Below are positions 28,635 through 38,930 of a stretch of DNA of 64,000 bases, in pieces; position 1 is the stretch's first letter; each line of letters starts with the position of its first letter. The stretch is taken from contig CAYVYJ010000002.1 of the NCBI GenBank assembly GCA_964455085.1, positions 8,194 through 72,193 of the forward strand. Direction: 5' to 3'. The translations under genes and the position numbers were made by a program. The stretch is from an uncultured Planctomycetia bacterium (GTDB lineage Bacteria > Omnitrophota > Gorgyraeia > Duberdicusellales > 4484-171). The notes beneath the pieces were generated by a model. That model was not told the origin of the DNA. It worked only from the letters and a program-made list of their open reading frames with translations, and ran no database searches.

Positions 28635-28860
28635 TGTTGTTAAGAGAATAGACTTGCACGGTATTGCTTGTCCAATGAATTTTGTTAAAACCAAAGTTGC
28701 CTTGGAAGCGATTAATTCCGGTGAAGTATTGGAAGTTATTCTCGATGAGGGAGAAGCAATGTTAAATGTTCCAAGGAGCCTTAAGGAAGAGGGCCATAAG
28801 ATTCTAAAAGTTATCCCTGCCGCAGACGGGATATACAAAGTTATCGTGGAAAAGAGATAA
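28624..28860 (+). CDS. TusA/SirA-like sulfurtransferase
   Basis: 78 aa; LHGIACPMNFVKTK resembles the TusA CPxP region (variant CPMN). Confidence 0.6.
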   Translation: MEFNVVKRIDLHGIACPMNFVKTKVALEAINSGEVLEVILDEGEAMLNVPRSLKEEGHKILKVIPAADGIYKVIVEKR

Positions 28861-28862
28861 AG

Positions 28863-30266
28863 ATGAAGAGAAGAAAAGTATATTTAGTCGGAGCAGGCCC
28901 GGGTAAGCCTGATCTCATAACTGTGAAGGGACAAAATATCCTAAGAGAAGCAGATGTTATAATTTATGACTATCTTGTTAATCCCGCTATTTTAGCTAAG
29001 GCTAACAAGAGAGCCGAAATAATAAACTGCCGGAATTTAGTTTCGGATAAAAGGTTCAGAAGCCCTCGTGCAAGGCAATTAGCCATAAATAATTTATTAG
29101 TAACTAAGGCTAAACAAGGCCGAAAGGTCTTGAGGCTCAAAGGTGGAGATCCAACTGTTTTTGGTCGTTGTTCAGATGAAACAAGAGCTTTGGCCAATCA
29201 AAAAATTGAGTTTGAGGTTGTTCCCGGGGTGAGTGCCGCAAGTGCCGCAGCTACTTTCGGCGGCATACCTTTAACTGACAATAGATTTGCTTCAAGTTGT
29301 CTTATTGTAAGTGGGCATAAGGGTTCAAAAAGAGGAGGTTCAAATCTTGATTGGGAAAATTTAGCTGGAGTTGATACTCTGGTTCTTTATATGGCCGTCG
29401 GTAATTTAACTAATATAATTAAGAAAATTATCTCAAGTGGTAAAAATGATAATACCCCAGTAGCTATAGTCAAAGACGCAAGTCTTATAACCCAGAAGGT
29501 CATAATCGGGACCTTAAAAGATATTGGAATCAAGGCTGAACAGAATAAATTAAAAGCTCCGGCGATAATCATTGTTGGTAAGGTAGTCGAAGTAGAAAAA
29601 AGGTGTAACTGGTTAAAAAAGAATAAGAGAATTCTTTTTACTGGTTTATCTAAGGAGAGATTCTTTCTCAAAGGTACTTATTTTCATCTGCCTTTAATTA
29701 AAATAGCTCCACTCAAGAGCTATAAGAGATTCGATAATTACCTAAAAAATATAGATAAATTTGATTGGATAGTTTTTGCTAGCCGTTTCGGTGTAGAGTA
29801 TTTTTTCAAAAGGTTAAATGGTTTAAAGTTAGACTCAAGAGTTATTGTTAGGGCTAAAGTTGCAGCTGTAGGTAATTCTACCAAAAACAAACTCCTTAAT
29901 TTTGGAATTTTAGCTGATCTAGTTCCCAAGATAGAATCGTCACAAGGGTTGTTAGAGGAATTCAGAAAACACGATCTTAAAAATAAAAAGATATTTTTGC
30001 CGCGTTCCGACTTATCTGATAAGGGTCTGGGCAAAGGGCTTGAAAACCTTGGTGCTAAGGTGAGCGTGGGTTTTGCCTATAGTAATTCCATGCCCAAGAA
30101 CTTACCAGATTTAGATTTAGAAAGTTTTGATGAAATTCATTTTACCAGTCCTTCAACCGTGAAGAATTTTAAGAAGCGATATAAAAGTGTACCCAAAAAT
30201 GTTAAGGTACGATGTATAGGGAATGTAACTTTAAAAGAGGCCAAAAGATGCCAGCTGTTAAGTTAA
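28863..30266 (+). CDS. Uroporphyrinogen-III C-methyltransferase (CobA/SUMT) fused to uroporphyrinogen-III synthase (HemD)
   Basis: N-terminus VYLVGAGPGKPDLITVKG...GGDPTVFGR (SUMT); C-terminal 230 aa HemD-like. Confidence 0.85.
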   Translation: MKRRKVYLVGAGPGKPDLITVKGQNILREADVIIYDYLVNPAILAKANKRAEIINCRNLVSDKRFRSPRARQLAINNLLVTKAKQGRKVLRLKGGDPTVFGRCSDETRALANQKIEFEVVPGVSAASAAATFGGIPLTDNRFASSCLIVSGHKGSKRGGSNLDWENLAGVDTLVLYMAVGNLTNIIKKIISSGKNDNTPVAIVKDASLITQKVIIGTLKDIGIKAEQNKLKAPAIIIVGKVVEVEKRCNWLKKNKRILFTGLSKERFFLKGTYFHLPLIKIAPLKSYKRFDNYLKNIDKFDWIVFASRFGVEYFFKRLNGLKLDSRVIVRAKVAAVGNSTKNKLLNFGILADLVPKIESSQGLLEEFRKHDLKNKKIFLPRSDLSDKGLGKGLENLGAKVSVGFAYSNSMPKNLPDLDLESFDEIHFTSPSTVKNFKKRYKSVPKNVKVRCIGNVTLKEAKRCQLLS

Positions 30267-31234
30267 GAAGATTACGTAAAACTAAGATTGTAAGAGATTG
30301 GATTAGCCAGACCAAATTCAATGCCAGGGATTTTATTATGCCTTATTTTATCTGCGAAGGTAAGAACAAAAAGGAACCCATTGAGTCAATGCCAGGGGTT
30401 TGGCGCTTATCACTCGATAGAGCCTTGGAAGATTTAAAGAAAACTAAAGGTATAAAAGCAATACTTTTGTTTGGCGTTCCAGCTAGGAGAGACGTGGTAG
30501 GTTCTTTTGCTTACAAAAAGAATGGCATTATTCAGAAGGCTGTGAGGGCGATAAAGCAGAGATATAAAGATTTGATTGTGATAACCGATGTTTGCCTTTG
30601 CGGTTATACATCGCACGGTCATTGTGGCTTATTGAGTGAGCCAAAAGCAAATAAGAGGCAAGAAGTAATTATAGATAATGACGATACTTTAAAAATCCTA
30701 ACTAAAATCGCTCTTTCTCATGCTGATGCCGGAGCAGATTTTGTTGCTCCTTCAGCAATGATGGATGGGCAAGTAAGAGCAATAAGAGAAGCGTTTGATA
30801 ACAAAGGATTTAAAGAGGTGGGGATTATGGCTTATTCTGCCAAATATGCCTCGCACTTCTATAGGCCTTTTAGAGAGGCTTTAGATTCTGTACCGCAATT
30901 TGGTGATAGAAAAAGCTATCAGATGGATTTTAGAAATTCAGATGAGGCTTTAAGAGAGATAAAGCAGGATATAGATGAAGGTGCAGATATAGTTATGGTA
31001 AAGCCAGCCTTAGCTTATTTAGATATTATTTATAGAGCAAAACAGAAATTTAATATTCCTATAGCTGCTTACAATGTAAGTGGTGAATATAGTATGATTA
31101 AAAAAGCAAGTGAAGGCAACAAAGCAGAAGAAAAAGAGCTATGTCAAGAAGTGCTTACTTCTATAAAAAGAGCTGGTGCAGATTTAATCATAACTTATTG
31201 GGCTAAAGATTTAATAAAATGGTTAAAACAATAA
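30248..31234 (+). CDS. hemB: Porphobilinogen synthase (delta-aminolevulinate dehydratase), zinc-type
   Basis: Cys-rich zinc site DVCLCGYTSHGHCG; ATG at 30248 (MPAVKL...). Confidence 0.9.
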   Translation: MPAVKLRRLRKTKIVRDWISQTKFNARDFIMPYFICEGKNKKEPIESMPGVWRLSLDRALEDLKKTKGIKAILLFGVPARRDVVGSFAYKKNGIIQKAVRAIKQRYKDLIVITDVCLCGYTSHGHCGLLSEPKANKRQEVIIDNDDTLKILTKIALSHADAGADFVAPSAMMDGQVRAIREAFDNKGFKEVGIMAYSAKYASHFYRPFREALDSVPQFGDRKSYQMDFRNSDEALREIKQDIDEGADIVMVKPALAYLDIIYRAKQKFNIPIAAYNVSGEYSMIKKASEGNKAEEKELCQEVLTSIKRAGADLIITYWAKDLIKWLKQ

Positions 31235-32538
31235 ACTTAGACGCTAATCGTAAATTATTTAATGAAGCAAAAAAGGTTATACCTGGGGGTGTAAACAGTC
31301 CTGTTCGTTCGTTTGTTTCTGTAGGTGGGCACCCAATTTTTAGTAAAAAAGGATGCGGCCCTTATCTTTGGGATGAGCAAGGCAAAAAATATATAGACTA
31401 TTGTCTTTGCTGGGGAGCGTTGATTTTAGGTCATGCTCATCCAGGGTTACTAAAAGTTTTAAAGAGTAGAATAGATAAAGGAATAGGTTTTGGCACAGCT
31501 ACTGAGCCGGAGATAGCTCTAGCCAAACTTATTACTCAAGCTTTTCCTTTGATTGAGCAGGTAAGATTGGTTAATTCCGGAACAGAAGCAGTAATGTCTG
31601 CAATAAGGCTGGCAAGAGCTTATACGAAAAAACGAAAAATTATAAAGTTTGAAGGTTCATACCATGGCCATGCTGATCATCTTTTAGTAAAAGCTGGTTC
31701 AGGTCTTGCTACTTTGGGTATATCAAATAGTTGTGGCGTCCCGCAAGATTTTGCCAAACATACAATTGTTATTCCTTTTAATAACTTAGAAGTTTTTAAA
31801 TCAACAGTTAAAAAATATCAAGGTGATTTAGCAGCAGTAATAGTTGAGCCGATAATGGCAAATTGTGGCTTAATACTTCCGAAAGAAGCATTTCTGAAAA
31901 CCTTAAGAAAACTTACTAGTGAAAATGATATTGTTTTGATCTTCGATGAAGTTGTTACTGGTTTTAGGCTGGGGTTTGGCGGAGCTCAAGAGTTTTTTGG
32001 AATCAAACCTGATCTTACATGTTTAGGTAAGATAATCGGGGCAGGTCTTCCTATAGGAGCTTTTGGTGGTCTCAGAAAAATAATGAAATTATTAGCACCC
32101 ATAGGTAGTGTGTATCAAGCCGGCACACTTTCCGGTAACCCCATCTCTGTTACAGCGGGAATTTTTACCTTAGAGACTTTAAAAAAACTAAATTCTTACA
32201 AGAGTCTTGAGAATAAGACAAAAAAAATATCTTTGGCATTAAAATCAGCAGCAGAGAAAAATAATATAGATTTAAAAGTAAATCGTATCGGTTCTATGTT
32301 TTCATTATTTTTTACAAAAAAGGAAGTCATAGACTACAAAACAGCAAAAACTCAAAACTTGGATTTATTTAGAAGTTTTTTTAAGACTATGTTGTTTCAA
32401 GGGGTATATCTTTCTCCTTCTGGTTTTGAGACAAATTTTTTATCTATTGCCCATAGTAATGATGATATCGAAAAGACAATTAGGATTTTTGAAAAGACAT
32501 TAAAGAAATTTGGGAGGAAAAAGAATGATAAATGTTAA
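31219..32538 (+). CDS. hemL: Glutamate-1-semialdehyde 2,1-aminomutase
   Basis: Class III aminotransferase fold, 439 aa, typical HemL N-terminus (FNEAKKVIPGGVNSPVR). Confidence 0.9.
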   Translation: MVKTINLDANRKLFNEAKKVIPGGVNSPVRSFVSVGGHPIFSKKGCGPYLWDEQGKKYIDYCLCWGALILGHAHPGLLKVLKSRIDKGIGFGTATEPEIALAKLITQAFPLIEQVRLVNSGTEAVMSAIRLARAYTKKRKIIKFEGSYHGHADHLLVKAGSGLATLGISNSCGVPQDFAKHTIVIPFNNLEVFKSTVKKYQGDLAAVIVEPIMANCGLILPKEAFLKTLRKLTSENDIVLIFDEVVTGFRLGFGGAQEFFGIKPDLTCLGKIIGAGLPIGAFGGLRKIMKLLAPIGSVYQAGTLSGNPISVTAGIFTLETLKKLNSYKSLENKTKKISLALKSAAEKNNIDLKVNRIGSMFSLFFTKKEVIDYKTAKTQNLDLFRSFFKTMLFQGVYLSPSGFETNFLSIAHSNDDIEKTIRIFEKTLKKFGRKKNDKC

Positions 32539-33463
32539 CCAGCAGGTTGCAAACAATGTATTAGAGCTTATAGGTAATACTCCTATGGTTAGACTTAATA
32601 GGATTTGTGAAGCCGGAATGAGTCAAATTCTTGCAAAGGTTGAGCTTTTTAACCCTGGTGGGAGTGTAAAGGATAGGATATGCCTTTCTATGGTTGAACA
32701 AGCTGAGAAAAATGGCCTATTAAAGCCCGGTTCAACTATCATTGAACCTACAAGCGGAAATACCGGCATTGGTTTGGCTATGGTTTGTGTTGTAAAGAAT
32801 TATCGCTGCGTACTTATTATGCCCGAGCTTATGAGTTTAGAAAGAATTTATATACTTAGATCTTATGGAGCAGAAGTTATACTTACTCCGGCGATTGAAG
32901 GTATGTTAGGAGCGATAAAAAAGGCAAAAGAGGTTGCAAAAAATACTCCTAATAGTTTTATACCCCATCAGTTTACTAATAAAGCCAACCCTCAAGTTCA
33001 TCGGGAAAGTACAGCCCAGGAGATTTTAGCTGTTGCCGGGAAAGATATAGATGCATTTGTTGCCGGAGTCGGCACAGGTGGGACTTTAACCGGAGTCGGT
33101 GAGGTTTTAAAGGAGCATAACCCGGAAGTTAAAATAATAGCTGTTGAGCCCAAAACAAATGCTGTACTATCGGGCGAGAAGCCCGGTCCGCATAAAATTC
33201 AGGGTATTGGCGCCGGATTTATACCCGAAATTCTTAACCTAGATGTAATTGACCGGATAATTAAAGTAGATGACAACGATGCTTTTAGAACTGCAAGAAG
33301 GCTGGCTAAAGAAGAGGGTTTATTTGTAGGGATATCATCTGGAGCTGCCACCTGGGCGGCTTTAGAAGTTGCTAGAGATTTAGGAAAAGGAAGAAAAGTT
33401 GTTGTCTTTTTGCCTGATACTGGTGAAAGATACTTTTCGATGGAACAATACTTTGAGGCTTAA
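32524..33463 (+). CDS. cysK: Cysteine synthase (O-acetylserine sulfhydrylase), paralog 1
   Basis: PLP-lysine region [23 protein letters not shown] motif; ATG at 32524. Confidence 0.9.
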
Positions 33464-33500
33464 AAATTAACAGATGTTGGTTGGATAAGATAATTAGAAA

Positions 33501-33947
33501 ATGGCTATGAAGATTTCGACAAAAACACGTTATGGTGTTAGGTTAATGCTGTTACTTGCTCTTAACTATGGTAAAGGGCCGCTACTTCTTAAGGAGATCT
33601 CCAGGAGAGAGGGGATTTCAGAAAAGTATTTAGGACAGATAATAATTCCTTTAAAGAGTGCCGGCCTTGTTACTTCCATCCGGGGAGCACGGGGAGGTTA
33701 TGAGTTGGGCAATCATCCCGCTGAGGTGACTTTAAAAAGCATCATTGAAGTTCTTGATGGTGAGATAAGTTTAGCTGAACGAATTAATGGATTCGCTTCT
33801 CCTAGCCGGGCAGCTTATTGTTCCAGTCATTTTGTGTGGGAAACATTGGAGAGAAACATATCTAAGACACTGGAGGCAATAACTCTTGAGAATTTAGTCT
33901 CAAAATACGGAGAGAATAAGAAGAACTCTATCATTTATAACATATAG
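33501..33947 (+). CDS. Rrf2-family transcriptional regulator (CymR/IscR-like)
   Basis: MKISTKTRYGVRLMLLLA..., wHTH and GYELGNHPAEVTLKSIIEVLDG; sits between cysK and the ThiI-like gene. Confidence 0.8.
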   Translation: MAMKISTKTRYGVRLMLLLALNYGKGPLLLKEISRREGISEKYLGQIIIPLKSAGLVTSIRGARGGYELGNHPAEVTLKSIIEVLDGEISLAERINGFASPSRAAYCSSHFVWETLERNISKTLEAITLENLVSKYGENKKNSIIYNI

Positions 33948-33959
33948 GGTGTTTATTCT

Positions 33960-35000
33960 ATGAAGGCCTATCAGCAGAGTCAACTAAGTACAATATCTAC
34001 TACGAGAAGAAGAGCAGTGGTGTTATTCTCCGGTGGCTTAGATAGTACTCTGGCAGCCAAAGTAATTATTAACCAGGGGTTAGAGATAATTGCTTTGAAT
34101 TTTAGGAGTCCTTTTTGTCGGTGTGATCGATCAAGCAGGTGTGGATCTTCAATAAGAGATATGGCTAATCAATTGGGGATAGAGTTTAAATCAGTCTATT
34201 TGGGTCAGGAGTATCTTCGAATAGTTAAGACTCCGGATTATGGTTATGGCAGAAATTTAAATCCTTGCATTGATTGTAGAATATTTAAATTTAGAAAGGC
34301 AAAAGAATACATGAGAGAAATAGGTGCTTCTTTTGTTATTACTGGAGAAGTTCTAGGCCAGAGGCCAATGTCTCAGCATAGAAGGGCTTTGGAAGTAATA
34401 GAAAGAGAAGCCGGGCTCACAGGTCTTATTTTACGACCCTTGTCAGCTAAATTATTTTCACCCACAATTGCTGAGCAAAATAACTGGGTGAATAGAGAGA
34501 GTTTACTTAGTATTTCCGGGAGAACAAGAAAGCCCCAGATAAAATTGGCAACAGAATTGGGTTTAAAGAATTATCCTTGTCCGGCTGGGGGGTGTCTTCT
34601 AACAGATCCTGCATTTACGCGGCGCCTGAAGGATCTTATGGAACATGAAGATTTCAATATAGCTAACGTAGAATTATTAAAACTAGGAAGACATTTTAGG
34701 ATAAATTCTTCCTTTAGGCTGGTTGTAGGAAGAGATGAGAAAGAAAATGCTAAACTTAAAAACTTTCTTCAAAAAGATGATTTATATTTTGAACCTACAA
34801 AGCTTGCTGGACCTTCAGGGCTGCTTAGAGGTAAGTGGGATAATGAATTTAAAAATATAGCTGCTAAAATTATTGCATATTATACGTCAAGAGAACAAAA
34901 AGTAGAAATTTCTGTTTCGAATATCTCTGGTAACAATGAAGATAAAATATTTGCAGAAGCAATTCAAGAGTCGGTTGCGAGGAAATTAATGATTTTATAG
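33960..35000 (+). CDS. ThiI-type PP-loop ATP pyrophosphatase domain protein (no THUMP or rhodanese domain) with additional Cys clusters; putative Fe-S/sulfide-dependent thiolation enzyme
   Basis: PP-loop VVLFSGGLDS; ITGEVLGQRPMSQ and ILRPLSA match the ThiI core; Cys clusters CRCDRSSRC, CIDC, CPAGGC. Confidence 0.6.
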   Translation: MKAYQQSQLSTISTTRRRAVVLFSGGLDSTLAAKVIINQGLEIIALNFRSPFCRCDRSSRCGSSIRDMANQLGIEFKSVYLGQEYLRIVKTPDYGYGRNLNPCIDCRIFKFRKAKEYMREIGASFVITGEVLGQRPMSQHRRALEVIEREAGLTGLILRPLSAKLFSPTIAEQNNWVNRESLLSISGRTRKPQIKLATELGLKNYPCPAGGCLLTDPAFTRRLKDLMEHEDFNIANVELLKLGRHFRINSSFRLVVGRDEKENAKLKNFLQKDDLYFEPTKLAGPSGLLRGKWDNEFKNIAAKIIAYYTSREQKVEISVSNISGNNEDKIFAEAIQESVARKLMIL

Positions 35001-35050
35001 ATAGAGAATATTTATAAAGAAATTGTAACAGTCTAAAGAAGGAGGTTCTC

Positions 35051-35977
35051 ATGGAAAGAGTTTTTTCAGATATTACTAAAACCATAGGTGGTACTCCTTT
35101 AGTTAAGATTAACAGATTGAGCAAAGGTCTAGATGCCACAATATTAGCTAAGCTGGAATCTTTCAATCCGCTTTCAAGCGTAAAGGACAGGATTGGTAGG
35201 GCCATGATTGAAGCAGCTGAGGAGAAAGGCTTAATTAATAAAGATACGGTTATAGTTGAGCCGACAAGCGGTAATACCGGGATTGCTCTGGCTTTTGTCT
35301 GCGCTGCTAAAGGGTACAAGCTAATCCTTACAATGCCCGACACCATGAGTATAGAGCGTCGGCAACTTTTGAAGATCTTTGGGGCTGAATTAGTTTTGAC
35401 CGAAGGAGCCAAGGGAATGAAGGGAGCGGTTGAGAAAGCCGAAGAGATTGCCAAAACCACTCCTAATAGTTTTCTCCCTCAGCAATTTAACAATTTAGCA
35501 AATCCCCAAATTCATAGAGAGACTACTGCTGAGGAAATTTGGAGCGACACCGAAGGTAAGATCGATATTTTTATCGCCGGGGTAGGAACCGGGGGAACCG
35601 TTACTGGAGTCGGAGAGGTACTTAAGAAGAAGAAGCCGGGAATCAAAGTTATTGCTCTTGAACCAGAGGATTCTCCGGTGCTTTCCGGGGGCTCTCCTGG
35701 CGCCCACAAAATTCAAGGTATCGGTGCTGGATTTGTCCCGGAAGTTTTAAACCAAGGGGTAATAGATGAGGTTATGACTGTAGCTGATGCTGTTGCCGGA
35801 GATTTAGCAAGACAGCTGGCCAAAGAGGAAGGTATTTTTGTGGGAATATCCAGCGGTGCAGCTATGTGGGCGGCAGTAGAGGTAGCAAAGCGTCCGGAAT
35901 CAAAGGGTAAGGTAATTGTGGTTGTTTTTCCCGATACCGGTGAGAGATATCTTTCGACCTGGTTATTTACGGAGTAA
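35051..35977 (+). CDS. Cysteine synthase paralog 2 (CysK/CysM type)
   Basis: [24 protein letters not shown]; clearly paralogous to 32524-33463. Confidence 0.9.
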   Translation: MERVFSDITKTIGGTPLVKINRLSKGLDATILAKLESFNPLSSVKDRIGRAMIEAAEEKGLINKDTVIVEPTSGNTGIALAFVCAAKGYKLILTMPDTMSIERRQLLKIFGAELVLTEGAKGMKGAVEKAEEIAKTTPNSFLPQQFNNLANPQIHRETTAEEIWSDTEGKIDIFIAGVGTGGTVTGVGEVLKKKKPGIKVIALEPEDSPVLSGGSPGAHKIQGIGAGFVPEVLNQGVIDEVMTVADAVAGDLARQLAKEEGIFVGISSGAAMWAAVEVAKRPESKGKVIVVVFPDTGERYLSTWLFTE

Positions 35978-36053
35978 TTAAAGCAGAATAAAAAGTTTGA
36001 ATATTGTCCCACATTATGGTCTAATAAAGGTTAGCTAATTCAAGCTTAAAACC

Positions 36054-37178
36054 ATGAGAAATAAAGATAGTTTAGGAATAATCGAAACTCAGTATTTTAC
36101 TTTTGCTCAAGGGTCAAGCCAGCTTAGGCTCGACAGTGGAGCGCGACTGGGGCCAGTCACTTTAGCTTATGAGACTTACGGAGCATTGAATGAGAGCAAA
36201 GACAATGCCATTCTCATTGTTCATGCTTTATCCGGAGATGCTCATGCAGCTGGCCTTCATCAGGGAGATGAGAAACCTGGATGGTGGGATAATATGATTG
36301 GTCCGGGTAAGGCCTTTGACACTAATAAATACTTTATTATCTGTTCTAATATTATCGGCGGCTGCCGGGGGAGTACTGGGCCCTCAACTATTAATCCGGC
36401 AACCGGTGAGCCTTACGCCCTCAAATTTCCATTGATTACCATTAAGGACATGGTTAAGGCCCAAAAAAAACTAATAGACCATCTTGGTATTTCCCAACTT
36501 TTATCAGTCTCTGGTGGCTCAATGGGGGGAATGCAGGTTTTAGAGTGGGCTGCTTCTTATCCTGAAATGATTCGTTCGGCAATTCCCATTGCAACAGCCT
36601 TAAAACACTCTCCGCAGCAAATTGCTTTTGATGAGGTAGGCCGGCAAGCAGTAATGGCTGACCCTGACTGGCTAGATGGCAATTATTATGGCAAGAGGCA
36701 ACCGGAAAGAGGTCTAGCGGTCGCCCGGATGATTGGCCATATCACTTACATGAGCGATAAATCTATGGAGAGTAAGTTTTCTCGGAAGTTGAAAGATAAA
36801 AACTATAGTTTTGCTTTTAAAACCGATTTTGAAGTTGAAGGCTATTTACGCTATCAAGGAGATAGCTTTGTAAAGCGTTTTGACGCTAACTCTTATCTTT
36901 ATATTACCAAAGCTATGGATTACTTCGATTTATCGGGAGGTAAACTGATTGCTAAGAATGATAAAATTGATACCCGGTTTCTGGTAATAGCTTTTAAGTC
37001 CGATTGGCTTTATCCGGCATATCAATCGCTGGAGATAGTACACCAGCTTAAAATGCGGCAGGTAGATGTGACTTATTGTGAGATGCAGTCTACTTATGGA
37101 CACGATGCCTTTTTGCTGGAAGTTGATGAACAAACACGTCTGATTAAGCATTTTTTGAAAAAAACCGCCAGTCTTTAG
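36054..37178 (+). CDS. metX: Homoserine O-acetyltransferase
   Basis: Alpha/beta-hydrolase nucleophile elbow GGSMGGMQ, about 370 aa, followed by metW. Confidence 0.85.
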   Translation: MRNKDSLGIIETQYFTFAQGSSQLRLDSGARLGPVTLAYETYGALNESKDNAILIVHALSGDAHAAGLHQGDEKPGWWDNMIGPGKAFDTNKYFIICSNIIGGCRGSTGPSTINPATGEPYALKFPLITIKDMVKAQKKLIDHLGISQLLSVSGGSMGGMQVLEWAASYPEMIRSAIPIATALKHSPQQIAFDEVGRQAVMADPDWLDGNYYGKRQPERGLAVARMIGHITYMSDKSMESKFSRKLKDKNYSFAFKTDFEVEGYLRYQGDSFVKRFDANSYLYITKAMDYFDLSGGKLIAKNDKIDTRFLVIAFKSDWLYPAYQSLEIVHQLKMRQVDVTYCEMQSTYGHDAFLLEVDEQTRLIKHFLKKTASL

Positions 37179-37181
37179 GAG

Positions 37182-37775
37182 ATGGATAAGATAAGGTTAG
37201 ACCACAGAGTTATTTATAAGATTATTAAACCCGGTTCCAAGGTTTTAGATTTAGGGTGCGGAGACGGGGACTTACTATATTTTCTGGTTCGCGAAAAAAA
37301 GGTTAAAGCTCAGGGCATAGAGTTAGATGAGCAGGCAATATATAAGTGTGTTGAGAAAGGTTTAAGCGTATTTCATGGTGATATTGAGAGCGGCCTCTCA
37401 GGTTTCCCGGATAAGTGCTTTGATTATGTGATTTTGAATCAAAGTATGCAGGAAGTCAAGAAAGTTGATTATGTAATGAATGAATCTTTGCGTATCGGTA
37501 AGAAAGTTATAGTCGGGTTTTCTAATTTTACCTATATTTCCGCTCGCCTAAGAATATTTTTAGGAGGAAAAGTTCCCATAACCGCTTCCCTGCCCTATCA
37601 CTGGCATAATACACCCAATGTGCACTTCCTTAGCATAAGCGATTTTCAAGATTTTTGTAAAGAGAAGAACCTTGCGATTATTAAGTCTTTTTATTTAGGC
37701 AGAAAAAGACTCATAAGATTATTTCCTAATCTGCTTGCTTTAAATGCAATTTTTCTTATTAGTTCAGATAAATAA
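37182..37775 (+). CDS. metW: Methionine biosynthesis protein MetW
   Basis: About 200 aa, methyltransferase-like LDLGCGDG, immediately after metX. Confidence 0.8.
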   Translation: MDKIRLDHRVIYKIIKPGSKVLDLGCGDGDLLYFLVREKKVKAQGIELDEQAIYKCVEKGLSVFHGDIESGLSGFPDKCFDYVILNQSMQEVKKVDYVMNESLRIGKKVIVGFSNFTYISARLRIFLGGKVPITASLPYHWHNTPNVHFLSISDFQDFCKEKNLAIIKSFYLGRKRLIRLFPNLLALNAIFLISSDK

Positions 37776-37781
37776 TAAAAG

Positions 37782-38054
37782 ATGGTAAAGGTAAAGATTC
37801 CGGGATTATTGCAACAAGATGCTAATGGCAGTAGTGATGTTGATTTAGAAGCAAAGACTATCCCTGAAGCTGTAAGAGGGCTGGTTAAACAATATCCCCA
37901 GCTGGCCCAGCGGCTTTGTGATTCAAAGGGTAGGATAAAGAAATACGTCCGTTTTTACATAAATCAAGAAGTCATTGAAACCGATAAGTATCAAAGCTTA
38001 TCTTTAAAAGAAGACGACCTTATCTCTATAATTATTCCTGTCGCCGGGGGATAA
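37782..38054 (+). CDS. MoaD/ThiS-family sulfur-carrier protein ending directly in GlyGly
   Basis: 90 aa, ...SIIIPVAGG-stop. Confidence 0.7.
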   Translation: MVKVKIPGLLQQDANGSSDVDLEAKTIPEAVRGLVKQYPQLAQRLCDSKGRIKKYVRFYINQEVIETDKYQSLSLKEDDLISIIIPVAGG

Positions 38055-38127
38055 TTTACCAACCTTTAACTATATGTCGCTGACAAAAGAACAATTCCAA
38101 AGAAGTTAAGCCGGGAGGAGGAAAAAG

Positions 38128-38922
38128 ATGTCGAGTAAAAAGATTTTTAGTAGCGTAGGAGAAAAAGAAGTTACCCGGGCAATTGTTGATGAGTTTTCAA
38201 AGCAGTTCTCAGAGTATACTGAGAGCGATGTAATTATTATTGGTGCTGGTCCCAGCGGACTTATGGCTGGTAAGGAATTAGCACTCACCGGACTTAAAGT
38301 GCTTATTGTTGAGAGGAATAATTACCTCGGCGGCGGTTTCTGGATTGGCGGGTATCTAATGAATAAACTTACCGTAAGAGCACCAGCTGAAGAAATCCTA
38401 AAAGAGCTGGGAGTTCCCTATAAAGAGACTAATCCTGGGCTTTTCGTTGCTGATGGTCCTCATGCTTGCTCTAAGCTTATTGCAGCTGCTTGTGATGCCG
38501 GAGTTAAAGTTGCTAACATGACTGTCTTTGAAGATATTGTCTTAAGAGAAAAGAATCGTGTAGCTGGAGCAGTAATTAACTGGACTCCGGTTCAAGCCTT
38601 GCCTCGGCAGATTACCTGTGTTGATCCAGTAGCCATAGAGGGAAAGATTGTGATTGATGCTACTGGCCACGATGCCATGGTTTGCCAGAAAATGGAAGAA
38701 AGAGGCCTGCTTAAGACTAGAGGTTACGGAGCAATGTGGGTTGAGCGCTCTGAGGATTTGCTAGTTGAGCATACCGGCGAAGTAACCCCTGGTCTTATAG
38801 TCATTGGTATGGCTGTATCAACTATGTATGGGCTGCCTCGTATGGGCCCTACTTTCGGGGGAATGCTTTTATCGGGCAGAAGAGGCGCTGAGGTTACAAG
38901 AGAGAAGCTAAAGCAACTATAA
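38128..38922 (+). CDS. thi4: Thi4-family thiazole synthase, His-type (sulfide-dependent, non-suicide)
   Basis: FAD/NAD fold [12 protein letters not shown]; active-site segment IDATGHDAM carries His where the suicide enzymes have Cys. Confidence 0.75.
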   Translation: MSSKKIFSSVGEKEVTRAIVDEFSKQFSEYTESDVIIIGAGPSGLMAGKELALTGLKVLIVERNNYLGGGFWIGGYLMNKLTVRAPAEEILKELGVPYKETNPGLFVADGPHACSKLIAAACDAGVKVANMTVFEDIVLREKNRVAGAVINWTPVQALPRQITCVDPVAIEGKIVIDATGHDAMVCQKMEERGLLKTRGYGAMWVERSEDLLVEHTGEVTPGLIVIGMAVSTMYGLPRMGPTFGGMLLSGRRGAEVTREKLKQL

Positions 38923-38930
38923 GATAAAGA

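Noticed and set aside
35978-36053. Possible SAM riboswitch or T-box leader upstream of metX (also checked upstream of cysH at 21406-21563)
   Set aside because: The intergenic regions are too short (76 nt) or lack the conserved SAM-I/T-box elements. No terminator/antiterminator pair was seen.
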